From assembly GCF_964213995.1 (NCBI RefSeq), contig NC_135811.1, positions 77,190,001 to 77,254,000 on the forward strand: a stretch of DNA of 64,000 bases. Reading direction: 5' to 3'. Source of the stretch: Mustelus asterias (taxonomy: Eukaryota). Shown here in pieces: positions 38,290 through 49,612 of this stretch (position 1 is its first letter; each line of letters opens with the position of its first letter). Under the pieces are notes generated by a model that was not told the origin of the DNA, did not search any database, and saw only the letters and a program-made list of their open reading frames with translations. Made by a program: the position numbers and the translations under genes.

Positions 38290-38643
38290 CTTTTCTGGGA
38301 CATGGGCATCGCTGGCTGGCCAGCATTTATTGCCCATTCCTAGTTGCCCTCGGAGGCCAGTTGAGAGTCAACCACATTGCTGTGGCTCTGGAGTCACATG
38401 TAAGCCAGACCAGGTAAGGATGGCAGATTTCCTTCCCTAAAGGACATTGGTGAACCAGATGGGTTTTTCTGACAATCAACAATGGTTTCATGGTCATCAG
38501 TAGATTCTTAATTCCAGATTTTTTTTATTGAAGTCAAATTCCACCATCTGCTGCGGCAGGATTTGAACCCGAGTCCCCAGAACCTCAGCTGAGTTTCTGG
38601 GCTAATAGTCTCACGATAATACCACTAGGCCATCGCCTCCCCC
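38290..38643 (-). mobile_element. SINE family C, near full length
   Basis: Minus strand gggaggcgatggcctagtgg...ggttcaaatcc (A/B boxes); tail gggcaataaatgctggccagccagcgatgccc. Confidence 0.88.
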
Positions 38644-39114
38644 AAGCTAATCTAATGGTGCATTAGATTCCAAGGTGTTTGTGCACGGTGGCAAAATGTT
38701 GAATTGAGTGCTGATGGAACAGTGGAATCATGTCAGCGCTCCAGCCAGCCAGATTGAGCAGCCAGGTAAGGTCACTGGCTGGACCTGAGAAGCAGATTTG
38801 TCACTGGATACTGGAATTAATTCTCTTGGCTCGAGACATTGCTGAAGGACAGTGTCCTAGTGAGCAGGATACCCTTAGTGAGGCTCTGGGTAGTGTTACA
38901 ACGCACCACAAACTGCTGTTTTCACATGTTATATTGTGGCAATTCCCACCTACTTAGTTGCAGGAACCTTTGCTTTGGCTATTGTTAACCTCTGCTTAAT
39001 TTATTTGGGCTTAGGTAAGTGGGACATATCCTTATAGTGAAAGAGTTGAATTCTATATCAAATAGACAGAAACTCTGCCAGAATAAATGGTGCAATAACT
39101 TGGTTTAGAGAATT

Positions 39115-39466
39115 TCATAGATTCATATAATCCCTACAGTGCAAAAGGAGGCCATTTGGCCCATCGAGTCTGCACTGACTGTCAGAGCATCCCACCCAGG
39201 CCCTATTCCCGCAACACCACATAGTTACCCCACTAATCCCCCTAACCTACACATCTTGGGACACTAAGGGGCAATTTAGCATGGCCAATGCACCTAGCCT
39301 GCACATCTTTGCACTGCGGGAGGAAACTGGAGCATCTGGAAGAAACCCATGTAGACACGCGGAGAATGTGCAAACTCCACACAGACGATCACCCAAGGCT
39401 GGAATCGAATCCGGGTTCCAGGTGCTGTGAGGCAGCAGCGCTAACCACTTCGCCACCGTGCCACCC
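39115..39466 (-). mobile_element. HE1-type SINE
   Basis: Full length. Confidence 0.88.
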
Positions 39467-40371
39467 AATTTGAAGCTTGGTAATAGATTTCCTGAAGTGT
39501 TAGAGGTTTGGTGACCAAAAAGAGACAATTGAATGTTAGAACAGTGCTGCCTCAAATGCTTCCTGTTGCTTTCTATCAGCCTTCATTTACAGAAGGCAAG
39601 AGGCACAGCCATAAATATTCACCCTCATTCAGTCATCAAAGTAAGAAATGGAACATGAGAATATAAGAAATAGGAGCAAAAGCAGCCCCTTGAGTTCCTC
39701 TGCTATTCGATAAGATCAATATTGACCTGCTAACTCATCTCCATTTTCCTACAGTACTTTTTTTCTGAAAAAGCAAAAGTATAGGAAGGAGAGAAAGAGA
39801 GATATGAAAAGAAAAGCTAACTACCACAGATGTGGTCCTTAGTGTTAATAGTATGATAATTATGATGTTAATATGCATGGGGGTGAAGGACATTGTTTAA
39901 TTAAGTATTTGAGCGTGTACAAATAGGGGACAGATGGGACACTGGGCGTGTATGAGGAGTGTTGAGACTGATCAAACTCAATAGACTCTGACTAAGAAAA
40001 AGCTGTGTGTCTTGGCTTTGACCTGACCAACTGGATTCTGTTAACACTGGTGGCAGGGAACGTTTGGTCCTAATGTGAAGATTGGAAACTAGGATACTTT
40101 TTCATACAGGAGGTTGTAATTGGAGTTATTCTGGAGAAGAATGGCTGAAACCAAGACTGGAAATTTTCCGTCCTGCCCACTGCGGGAATTGTAGCGAGTG
40201 GACAGAAAATTCAGTGGACCACTTAATGATCCGTTGATCACTGGCGGGAATTTCTGGTCTTGGGGCACCGGTGGGTGGAAAATCCCTCCCCAAGTGTAAA
40301 GGGTCAGGGTTTGATTTTCCAATATTGTTGGGTGAAGATGAACCTTATGCCCAATGGAAGGGTGAAGTAGA

Positions 40372-40700
40372 TCATAGAATCATAGAACCCTACAGTGCAG
40401 AAAGAGGCCATCGGGCCCATCGGGTCTGCACCGACCACAATCCCACCCAGGCCCTACCCCCATATCCCTACACATTTACCCGCTAATCCCTCTAACCTAC
40501 ACATCTCAGGACACTAAGGGGCAATTTTAGCATGGCCAATCAACCTAACCCACACATCTTTGGACTGTGGGAGGAAACCGGAGCACCCAGAGGAAATACA
40601 CGCAGACACGAGGAGAATGTGCCCCTTTTCCTCGTGTCCGGGAATCGAACCCAGGTCCCTGGAGCTGTGAAGTAGCAGTGCTAACCACTACCGTGCCACC
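40372..40700 (-). mobile_element. HE1-type SINE nested in Copia gag
   Basis: Head, V-domain and tail. Confidence 0.88.
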
Positions 40701-40767
40701 CACGGTATAAATGGACTCGGGTGGCATTGGCATGTATGCTTCCCAATAGAGGCAAGATAAAGTGCAA

Positions 40768-41252
40768 GCTGAAAGCAAATTATTGCTTATGCTGGAATCT
40801 GAAACAAAAACAGAAAATGGTGGAAAATCTCAGCAGGTCTGACAGCATCTGTGGGGAGAGAATAGAGCCAACGTTTCGAGTCCAGATGACCCTTCGTCAG
40901 AGCTGAGAACAAAGAGAATCAGCAGAGATTTATACAATGAGGGTGGGATTGAATGGGACAAAGGGAATGTAAATGAGGATACAGAAGGCAGAGAAGGTGC
41001 TAAAAATGTCCATTAAGTGATCAGAATGTGTGAATGGCAGAACAGAGGTGCAGATAGTTAAAGGACTGCCCAAGGAATGTGGCAGTTGCCCTGAAGGGGG
41101 GTAAAGTGGGGGGGAGGGGCAAGAAGGAGAGCTGGAATGGTAAGTGGAAAAATACAAGTGAGAAAAAGGGATGATAAAATGGATGAATGAGATGAAACAA
41201 AATGAAATTTTTTAAAAATGGAAATGGAGTGAAGGTGGAGGGGGGAGATCAG
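40768..41252 (-). mobile_element. Penelope-like element 3' portion nested in Copia gag
   Basis: TSD gtgcaa (40762-40767 and 41253-41258); contains a hammerhead motif. Confidence 0.75.
40866..40904 (-). ncRNA. Minimal type I hammerhead ribozyme
   Basis: Minus strand reads agct CTGACGA a gggtc atctg gactc GAAAC GTT ggct: canonical core, stem II, palindromic AACGTT stem III, stem I agct/ggct. Confidence 0.7.
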
Positions 41253-43836
41253 GTGCAAAGTATTTTCAGAACTAAAGGCTCATCATTTGAACAGTGAGGA
41301 AGGTTTGGATAATCTCGTAAAATTTATAGACAAAATATTTCAGAAAGATGATATGTTAAATGCACATGAGGACTTTGATAAATTTAGAAGATGGACATTT
41401 ATTCCATAAATAGAATTTAACTGGGTGATTTCCAAGTTTGCAGAAATTCTATTTGGAGATCCCTAATTCAATGTTTGCTTTCAAATTGTTCGATTGTTAA
41501 AGTATTGAATATGGATAGACTTCTGGTCTTGACTGGAGATACATTCTCGGAAGGCAATATGTTTTTGGAACAGATGTCTGGAAGATTAAAAAGAATTCTG
41601 GAGAAAATCATTTCCAGCCACTTTCATGACACTAGTGGGACCTTCAGCAGTAGCACAACAGATGGAGGATTCAATGCTGGCAGCATTTCAAGACCATTCA
41701 GATGTACAACACATGCATCAGTATGAAATAAGATCCACAAACAAAAGGATGGAGGATAGAGATCCTTTTGGTAGCTCCACAAATGATGGAAATTGGGTAG
41801 CAATAACAGGAGATTGAACCCCAAGAATGACCACAGAATGTGCAACAGGTGTTTCAGATGTGACTCATAAGGTCATTGTGTGATGATTTATCCAAAATGA
41901 AGTAACATGGTTTTTGAAATGACACCTGACATGGAAGGTTCAGAAGGAGAGATGATGATAGCTGATCTGGCAGAATGAACTTCAGTGATCACCAGAAACT
42001 GTACTCGGTAATGGGTGTTCTAGTTGTCGATTCATTAAATTGTGCTGTGTTAGACAGTGGCTGCACATCCACAGTACATGGGTTAGATTGGTTAAAGTAT
42101 AACCTGGATTTCCTAAATAGTAAAGACTGAATTAAGCTTAAGGAATATGGAAGTTCTCCTGACATCTGCCCTGACATGGGGAGTCCATACAAGCAATTCC
42201 CTTCAAATGGTTGGAGGGGTGGGGTGGTGGTGGGAGGGGATGGTAGTTACAGTCCCTATTAAGTAGTTTAGAGGAGAAATCCAAAAATACCTTTAGTGAT
42301 ATGAAAGGAATGATGATTAGTTCATTTTTTCCTGAGCGTTTAAATGCTCCGCATGCAGGGAGAAGGGCAGTTATCAAGACTGAAGTTTCAGAGAAAATTC
42401 AGGAAGTCTTATTGCACTGCATAAGGCCATCAGAAATAGGTTTTAATCCACAGGACATGATATATTACAAAGGAAATGGGCAGAAAGAGTGGAGAGGCCC
42501 AGGTAAGGTTATAGGCAGTAATAGAAAAGCAGTAATTTTACAAAACAGTGATCAAACTATTAGAGCGTATTCCTTGAGGCTAACTGGCACTGATTATACA
42601 TTTACAGAATCTGAACATGTAGTAGAAAGTGAAGAGGCACCATGTACTTCACAGATACATATGTTGGACAATTACGAGGAACATATAATGGCAGATAAAT
42701 TGCTGACTGAACATTGATCAAGTGATAAGGATAAAGCTGTTCATCACAAAGGACAACTACCCAAAGTTGGCATCAGAGTAACATATACACCAGTGGAGCC
42801 AGTGTGAGTTCTGAAAGTGGACTGGGAAGTGATCACGGCCCTAGAAAAAGATCACGGACTTTCAAAAGGGACTCTGATTGTAGGAGCAGGAGATTGTGTA
42901 GCAGTAGTCCAGAAACAGAGAGAAAGGCAAGTGGCGGTCATAGTCTGACAAGAGCCAGGGCCATAGAAGAGGCTAGGAATGCTACCAGAAGAAGAAACCT
43001 GTAATGATGCACTTTCACAGACTTTAATCGAAACACAAAAGGATTTATCAATAAGAAGAACCGTACAGCAATACAGCAGCCATATGGTTGACCTAGTCCC
43101 CTACATGTCTCCCAAGTAGGAGAGGACTCCATCCCCTAGGGTGATTACCAAGTCTGTGTCCCAGTTGGTTGCCTAAGCCAGGTGACCCTTTACTCTGCTG
43201 TGTTATCCTTAAAAGGACAATCACCACAAATCACCACATCCTTCCCCCTTTAATTCCTTCATACAATCTTCAATAACTAAATCCTACATTTTAGCTAAAT
43301 ATTATATGCATCGGACAATTATAAATTGAGTCTTTGAGGGGTTTTTCTGTTTCTTGTAGAGCAGTGTAATTGTGTAGTCTGAGATGTTTTCAGAAGATCA
43401 ACATTACCAGGAACTGCAATAACAGGTATCTCCTCTCACACAGGCAGACCATCACTACTTGCTTCCATGGAGACATCAGTTTTGTCTATAGCAGGTCAAT
43501 CAGGTTGTTTGGTGCTTACGGGTTCAAAACATTTCTTGATGGCAATGCTGACTGCTGGAGCCCCTCTCAACTCCTCAAGTGATCCACATGTTTGCGAGTG
43601 ATCTGTCCCTCCATGTCCACTTGGTGCAACAGGAGTCCAGTCTTTCATTGCCCTCCACATGGGGTCTTTCATTGCCCTCCTTCTGGGGTTTTCGTTTTCC
43701 CACCTTCCAAACAATAATTCCAGGGATCCAACTTGATCCACTCCTGAGCTTTCACACTATGACACCATGTCATATAATGTACTTAATATTGCTTTTTTTT
43801 AATTGTTCTTCTGTTTCTGGTTCTTATCATGCGATT

Positions 43837-44668
43837 AAGAACAAAGAACAAAGAAAATTACAGCACAGGAACAGGCCCTTCCGCCCTCCAAGCCTGCACC
43901 GCCCATGCTGCCCGACTGAACTAAAACCCCCTACCCTTTCAGGGACCATATCCCTCTATTCCCATCCTATTCATGTATTTGTCAAGACACCCCTTAAAAG
44001 TCACTACTGTATCCGCTTCCACTACCTCCCCCGGCAACGAGTTCCAGGCACCCACTACTCTCTGTGTACAAAATCTGCCTCGTACATCTCCTTTAAACCT
44101 TGCCCCTCGCACCTTAAACCTGTGCCCCCTAGTAATTGGCTCTTCCACCCAGGGAAAAAGCTTCTGACTATCCACTCTGTCCATGCCTCTCATAATCTTG
44201 TAGACTTCTATCAGGTCGCCCCTCAACAAACCAAGTGAGAACAAACCAAGTTTCTCCAACCTCTTCTCATAGCTAATGCCCTCCATACCAGACAACATCT
44301 TGGTAAATCTTTTCTGTACCTTCTCCAAAGCCTCCACATCCTTCTGGTAGTGCGGCGACCAGAATTGAACACTATATTCAAAGTGCGGCCTAACTAAGGT
44401 TCTATAAAGCTGCAACATGACTTGCCAATTTTTAAACTCAATGCCCCAGCCAATGAAGGCAAGCATGCCGTATGCCTTCTTGACTACCTTCTCCACCTGC
44501 ATTGCCACTTTCAGTGACCTGTGCACCTGTACACCCAGATCCCTTTGCCGATCAATATTCTTAAGGGTTCTGCCATTTACTGTATATTTCCTATCAGTAT
44601 TAGACCTTCCAAAATGCATTACCTCACATTTGTCCGGATTAAATTCCATCTGCCATCTCTCCGCCCAA
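43837..44668 (-). mobile_element. Young CR1 LINE 3' fragment nested in the LTR element
   Basis: ORF 43939-44688 WAERWQMEFNPDKCEVMHFG...; tail repeats ttctttg. Confidence 0.95.
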
Positions 44669-45130
44669 GTTTCTTCTCTTTCCAGCATTTCAATTCAGCA
44701 TCTTTTTCATTGACCATTTTATCATATTGCTCCTTGTGCTTTTACATTTGCATGACCACTTCAGCAATCTTGTTCTCACACGTAATTTCAGTTTCTTTCT
44801 CCGAATTGCTGATTCTGCTGTCAATTTCAATGTTTTTACCTCTTCAGTTAATTTCTCATTGCTAATCCTCCTTCTTCAAGCTCTTGTTCTCCCAATCCAA
44901 TTATTCACTGGACTTGCTCTTATTTTCTAGTTGCTTTTTCACAGGGTTCAGCTTACTATCCATCGTCTCATTAAGTTCTCCTTCTTCTTAACTTCATTTT
45001 GTAAATGTTTGCAACTTTTTAAACAGTTTGCTGTCAGTCATTTCATCTTGTTAGTTTTAGTATCTTTTCCAGAGCTTTAATTCTTTTTGCTGATTCCTAT
45101 TTATGTTCAATAGTTCCTAATTTCTTTTGA
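44669..45130 (-). pseudogene. SYCP1: Intronless SYCP1 (synaptonemal complex protein 1) coiled-coil fragment captured in the LTR element
   Basis: Manual translation with frameshifts: CKHLQNEVKKKENLM / TMDSKLNPVKKQLENKSKSSE*LDWENKSLKK / RISNEKLTEEVKTLKLTAESAI / EKETEITCENKIAEVVMQM*KHKEQYDKMVNEKDAELK. Collinear with recalled mammalian SYCP1 EVLKKEKQMKILENKCNNLKKQIENKSKNIEELHQENKALKK...KISEEKLLGEVEKAK...QKEIDLRCQHKIAEMVALMEKHKHQYDKIVEERDSEL. Confidence 0.8.
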
Positions 45131-45339
45131 AGTCATTAATTTCTGCATTTCTTCTGAGGGGAATCCATCATGTTCTTACTGGACATATACATTTCACAAA
45201 TGGAATCTTCATTTCTACTTGTCTTAACTTCAACCAAACTCTTTTGGTTTCACTGTTGGTCAGGTCTGACTCTGATGAAATATTAACTTGTTTCCATTCT
45301 GCAATTCTGTTGTTGCCCTTTCATTGCATTCCTTTTGGG

Positions 45340-45625
45340 GTTGTTCATTACCCTCCACGTGGGGTCTTTCATTGCCCTCCACGTGGGGTCTTTCATTGCG
45401 CTCCATGTGGGGTCTTTCATTACCCTCCACGTGGGGTCTTTCATTGCCCTCCATGTGGGGTCTTTCATTACCCTCCATGTGGGGTCTTTCATTGCCCTGC
45501 ACGTGGGGTCTTTCATTGCCCTCCATGTGGGGTCTTTCATTGCCCTCCATGTGGGGTCTTTCATTGCCCTCCACGTGGGGTCTTTCATTGCCATCCATGT
45601 GGGGTCTTTCATTGCCCCCCTTCTG
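45340..45625. repeat. 24-bp minisatellite (ccctccatgtggggtctttcattg), about 11 units; encodes (RAMKDPTW)n on the minus strand
   Basis: Direct reading; degenerate units extend to about 45960 and recur at about 43640-43700. Confidence 0.95.
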
Positions 45626-47172
45626 GGGTCTTCTTTTTCCACCTTCCATGGTCTTCTATTGCCTCCTCTCTAAGGTTTCCTTTTGCCCTCTTTCTGGGTC
45701 TTTCATTGTTATCCTTCTGGAGTTTTTCATTACTCGCCATGTGGGGTCTTTCATTGCCCTTCTAGGGTCTTTTTGCCCACCATCTGGGGTCTTCTATTTC
45801 CTCCTTCCTGGTAGCTTTGTTGCCTCCTCTTTGAGGTCTTTCATCGTCTCTTCCTTGAAGTCTTTGTTGCTCCCTGTTGGAGGTCTTTGTTCCCTCCTCT
45901 GAAGTCTTCTGCTGCCTCTTCCTTCAGGCCTTCATTGCTTATGGTCTTTTTTGAGAGTTGTCCTCTATCTGGTGTCTTCTCCAATTTTACTCTCCACAGT
46001 CATTTGTTCCTTCTTGTGGTTGTCACTTTAAATGCATTGCCACATTAAATGCATTGCCCTTTAAGACTGTCACTCTCTTTACTTAGCTGTCAGCTTTCTC
46101 TCTGTATTTTTCCTGCACTTTTGGAGTTTTGGCAATCCTCTTTTTTTAACTTTTAAAACTTCTCCTTTTACTAAAGGAAAACCCTTTCAGTGATCTCTGG
46201 AATGTTTTTCTCCATTTGGAGAGTTCGGTTTTTTCCCTGCATTTGTTTTTCTTTGATGTGCCTTTTTTTGTCAACTTCACTTGGACACCCGGTGAGGTTC
46301 ATTTGGGGCCATTGTTATATTATAAAACTTGTTAAGTTCTTTTAAAATCTTCAGAACTTGAAGATCATCAGTGCAACGATTGCTGCTACAGAAACCCCAC
46401 AGGCTCTGCTCCAACATAAGGAGCGTCGCAATTTCAGCTTCTTGATTTTCCCGTGCTTCGGGAGATCTCACTGCAGCTCACTTGGGACATTGCCTTTATT
46501 TAAAGCACTACTTCCTGTATTCTCTTTGATGAAAAATACCTTTGCAGCTACTCGGTTTTTTTTTAACTTAAGTTCTATATTTTTTTAACTTAAAGCCACA
46601 GCTCTGCTTTCACAGGGCTATTTTCTCCTGTTTTTTTCTCTCCATACTTTTCTAAACTTTTGATTGTACTGGCCAATTCAGCTTTGTTCTACGTCTATCT
46701 CTTAGCCTCGCCAATGCGTTGAGCCTGGAACGCCTCACCTCCTCATCTACAATGTAAGTGGAGGAACGTTTCTGCATTTTGTTTACTTTTCTTGTAGATT
46801 CTGACCTGGGCTCCTGCCGTGCTCCATTGCCCACATACCTTAGAACTGTCCAGCGTTTCTGATTCTACATTTCTCAGGGTCTGGCAAGATCTCAGCATCT
46901 CAAATGGGCCCATTTTCCCAAAGAGAGGCATTCGGGTAAGCACCTTTTTTTCAGGCTTCAATTAAAACAGAATACCCACAGGTGTTGGGCCAAAGGCGGT
47001 GTCACGATAATTTTATCCTTGTTGCTAGATGTAATGATGCATTTTCACAGACTTCATTAGAAACACAAAAGGATTTATTAATAAGAATAACTGTACAGCA
47101 ATACAGCAGCCACATGTCTTCACCTAGTCCCCTATATGTCTCCTACCTAGGAGAGGACTTCATCTCACATGC

Positions 47173-48650
47173 ATGGTGGCACAGTGGTTAGCACTGCTGC
47201 CTTACAGCGCCAGGGACCCAGGTTCAACTCTAACCTTGGGTGACTGTCTGTGCGGAGTTTGCACATTTATGCCGTATCTGCGTGGGTTTCCTTTGGGTGC
47301 TCCGATTTCCTCCCATAGTCCACAGATATGCAGGTTAGGTGGATTGGCCATGCTAAATTGCCCCTTTGGGGCCTGATTCTCCCATCCCGACATACACTTT
47401 TTTTGCACGTTGCGTTGGGAGATGCGCGTGTTGGCCATTTTGCAGGATTCATGCACGTCTCCCACAGACAAAGAACAGGCGCAGTCGGGACCGTGCTGGA
47501 AACTGGCGGGATGACCAGCTAAGTGATTTAAATCTGTTTTAAATCTATTTTAAATGTCATTATCGGGCCCGATAGCATCTCCCAACCCCCCCAGGAGTAT
47601 TTCACTCCGGTGGGGTTTAGAGTAGCTCCCCACTTTCGGGGAACTAGTGGGAGACCCCGCTGGAGTGAAGGGGATCAATTGGGGCCCCCTAGGGGGTTGG
47701 GCGGAGGGGGGTGTTGGGCGGAGGGGGGTGGTGCCCCCCCGGACTTGGGCACCCTGACAGTGCCAGCCTGTACCCCTGGCAGTGCCCAAGGGGCAAAGTA
47801 CCCATGCCCAGGGGGCACCTTGGCACTGTCCACCAGGCATCGGGCAGTGCCAGGAGAGCGGGGCCTAGGGGTGGGGCCAGGGAGGCAGTGCCAAAGGGGT
47901 GGGGCCTATTGTGGGCAGGGCCTATGGGGTGAATGGTGGGGGTTGGGGTCCTGCTGCCAGTCTGCAAATAGGATCGGTCGGGGCTGGAGGGAGGCCAGAA
48001 ATCGGGACAAGCTGGATGGGGGGATGTTTGCCAGGGGGAGGCCTGCCTCCCGGGGGGGGAGGGGTCAGTGGAGGGGGGGTCTTCTGGGGGGATTGTCACT
48101 GCTGGAGATTGCCGTGCTCCGGGACGGGCGGGAGAGGGGGGTCGGAGCTGGCCCAGGAATTCTTGTGCGGGCCGCGATTGGCCAGCAATCGGGCTGTGGG
48201 GGTGTCCCGAGGGGCAGCAGTGCGGGTCCCGGGCTGGCCAGCGATCGAGCTGGCCAGAAAACTGCAGTCTGACAGTTCGGGGCCACTGCACATCCGGTGT
48301 GAATAGCCCCGCCCCCCCCCCCTCCCCCCCACTGCCCCCGAGCTTTTAATGATATCTACGATTGTGGCCTCTGCATTGCAGAGTGTGGGAGATTCTAGTC
48401 TGGACTCCCACTGAAAAAACAATCGTGAATTACACCATTATTCCCGCCAATTCAGAACTTGGAATTTTTTTGGAAGAATCGGACGCTTAGTGTCCAAAGG
48501 TGTGCAAGTTAGGTGGATTAGCCATGGTAAATGTGTGGGGTTACAGGGATAGGGTTGGGGTGGGAGTGAGCCTGGGAAAGCTACCCTTTCGGAGAGTCGG
48601 TGCAGACTTGATGGGCCGAATGGCCTCCTTCTGCACTGTTGGGATTTAAT
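47173..48650 (+). mobile_element. HE1-type SINE split by a TIR element
   Basis: SINE 47173-47367 resumes at 48487 (ttagtgtccaaagg). Confidence 0.85.
47368..48486. mobile_element. GC-rich non-autonomous DNA transposon (PIF/Harbinger-like)
   Basis: Degenerate TIRs ggggcctgattctccca / tggaagaatcggacgc; inserted at a TTA site of the SINE (flanks ttt/tta). Confidence 0.65.
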
Positions 48651-49244
48651 GGATTGCATTAAAATCAGTCCAAGGAAGGGGCTGATGCTTTTAGACTGGG
48701 TGGGAAGGGAGAGAACATTGGTGAAAAAGAAGAGTTTCAACAAATACTGAGGTGGACAGAAAAGAAACTGACATTTCATTCTGTGCAGGTTAATACTTCA
48801 GTCTTTTATTTGTAACTTTTCAAATTATCATGATATTACCAGACTGTCATTTCAATGCAAGTTTTATGATGAGTTATAAAATGATTGGTTCTGCAGTTTT
48901 AACACTGTTTTCATTTCTGACCAGAATTAGTTTCCACATTCACCAGGAGCACACTGCAAATGCAGAATTCAGCCTCAGTCAATGAACGGCCCTTATCAAC
49001 AAGCTGCAGCTTGAAGTAGGAACACACTGAACACCACCTTAAACAAACAAGCTCCAGGGCCTCTTGTCTGTGCAGTTGTAGGTTGAACAGTTGTCTAATG
49101 TTATATTGTTATTTATGAATAGCTAGGAACTAATTGTTCTGTGGATGGTATCCAGAGTGCCACATTTACTGCTGTATTGTAGTCAGGTGCCAAACAACCA
49201 TGTTTCAGTTTGTCAGCTGCTTGAAGAGCTGTAAGAAATACACT

Positions 49245-49542
49245 CATAGAATCCCTACAGTGCAGAAGGAGGCCATTTGGCCCATCCCGTTCACACCAAC
49301 TCTCTTACCCAGGCCCTCTCCCCTTGCCCTATCCTCGTAATCCTGTACAATTCACCATGGCCAAACCCCCTACTGAGCACACCTTAGGACTGTGGGAGGA
49401 AATCAGAGCACCTGGTGGAAACCCACACAGATATGGGGAGAATGTGCAAACTCCACACAGACAGTCACCCGAGGCTGGAATTGAACCCGGGTCCCTAGCG
49501 CTGTGAGGCAGCAGTGCTAACCACTGTGCCTCTGTGCTACCC
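49245..49542 (-). mobile_element. HE1-type SINE
   Basis: Full length. Confidence 0.88.
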
Positions 49543-49612
49543 CAAACGCCGAAGCTGCAGCACTTTGAGCTTAAAGTGCAGTTATTTTGGACTTCTGGGA
49601 ACTAAAAGACAT

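Larger units (their letters stand above)
39831..42999 (+). mobile_element. Decayed Ty1/Copia LTR retrotransposon (GalEa-like)
   Basis: LTR TG..CA 39831-40046; PBS-like tggtggcag at 40048. Gag EDEPYAQWKGEVD...KVFSELKAHHLNSEEGLDNLVKFIDKIFQKDD...DFDKFRR, zinc knuckle RCFRCDS*GH, protease CAVLDSGCTSTV, integrase C-terminus LNAPHAGRRA...IYYK...WRGPGKVIG. RT absent. Confidence 0.8.
43000..47168 (-). mobile_element. Non-autonomous Gypsy-type LTR element with replaced internal region
   Basis: 3' LTR 43000-43238 (TG..CA); PPT 43239-43253; partial 5' LTR 47030-47168 (about 17 differences in about 137 bp by hand count); PBS remnant 47015-47027. Gag start MPLFGKMGPF at 46931; integrase tail EGQITRKHVDHLR (about 43575-43645) and STRNRKTPQRLNL* (43319-43360). 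No RT, RNase H or IN core seen. Confidence 0.85.

Noticed and set aside
44669-45130. Native SYCP1 locus
   Set aside because: The segment is intronless, disrupted and enclosed by LTRs, and no other SYCP1 exons were seen.
45340-45625. Regular short repeats resembling a CRISPR array
   Set aside because: Contiguous 24-bp units with no unique spacers, in eukaryotic context: a minisatellite.
47368-48486. CpG-island-like GC-rich region with many long ORFs
   Set aside because: It is bounded by TIRs and splits a SINE, so it is a non-autonomous transposon; the ORFs are composition artefacts.
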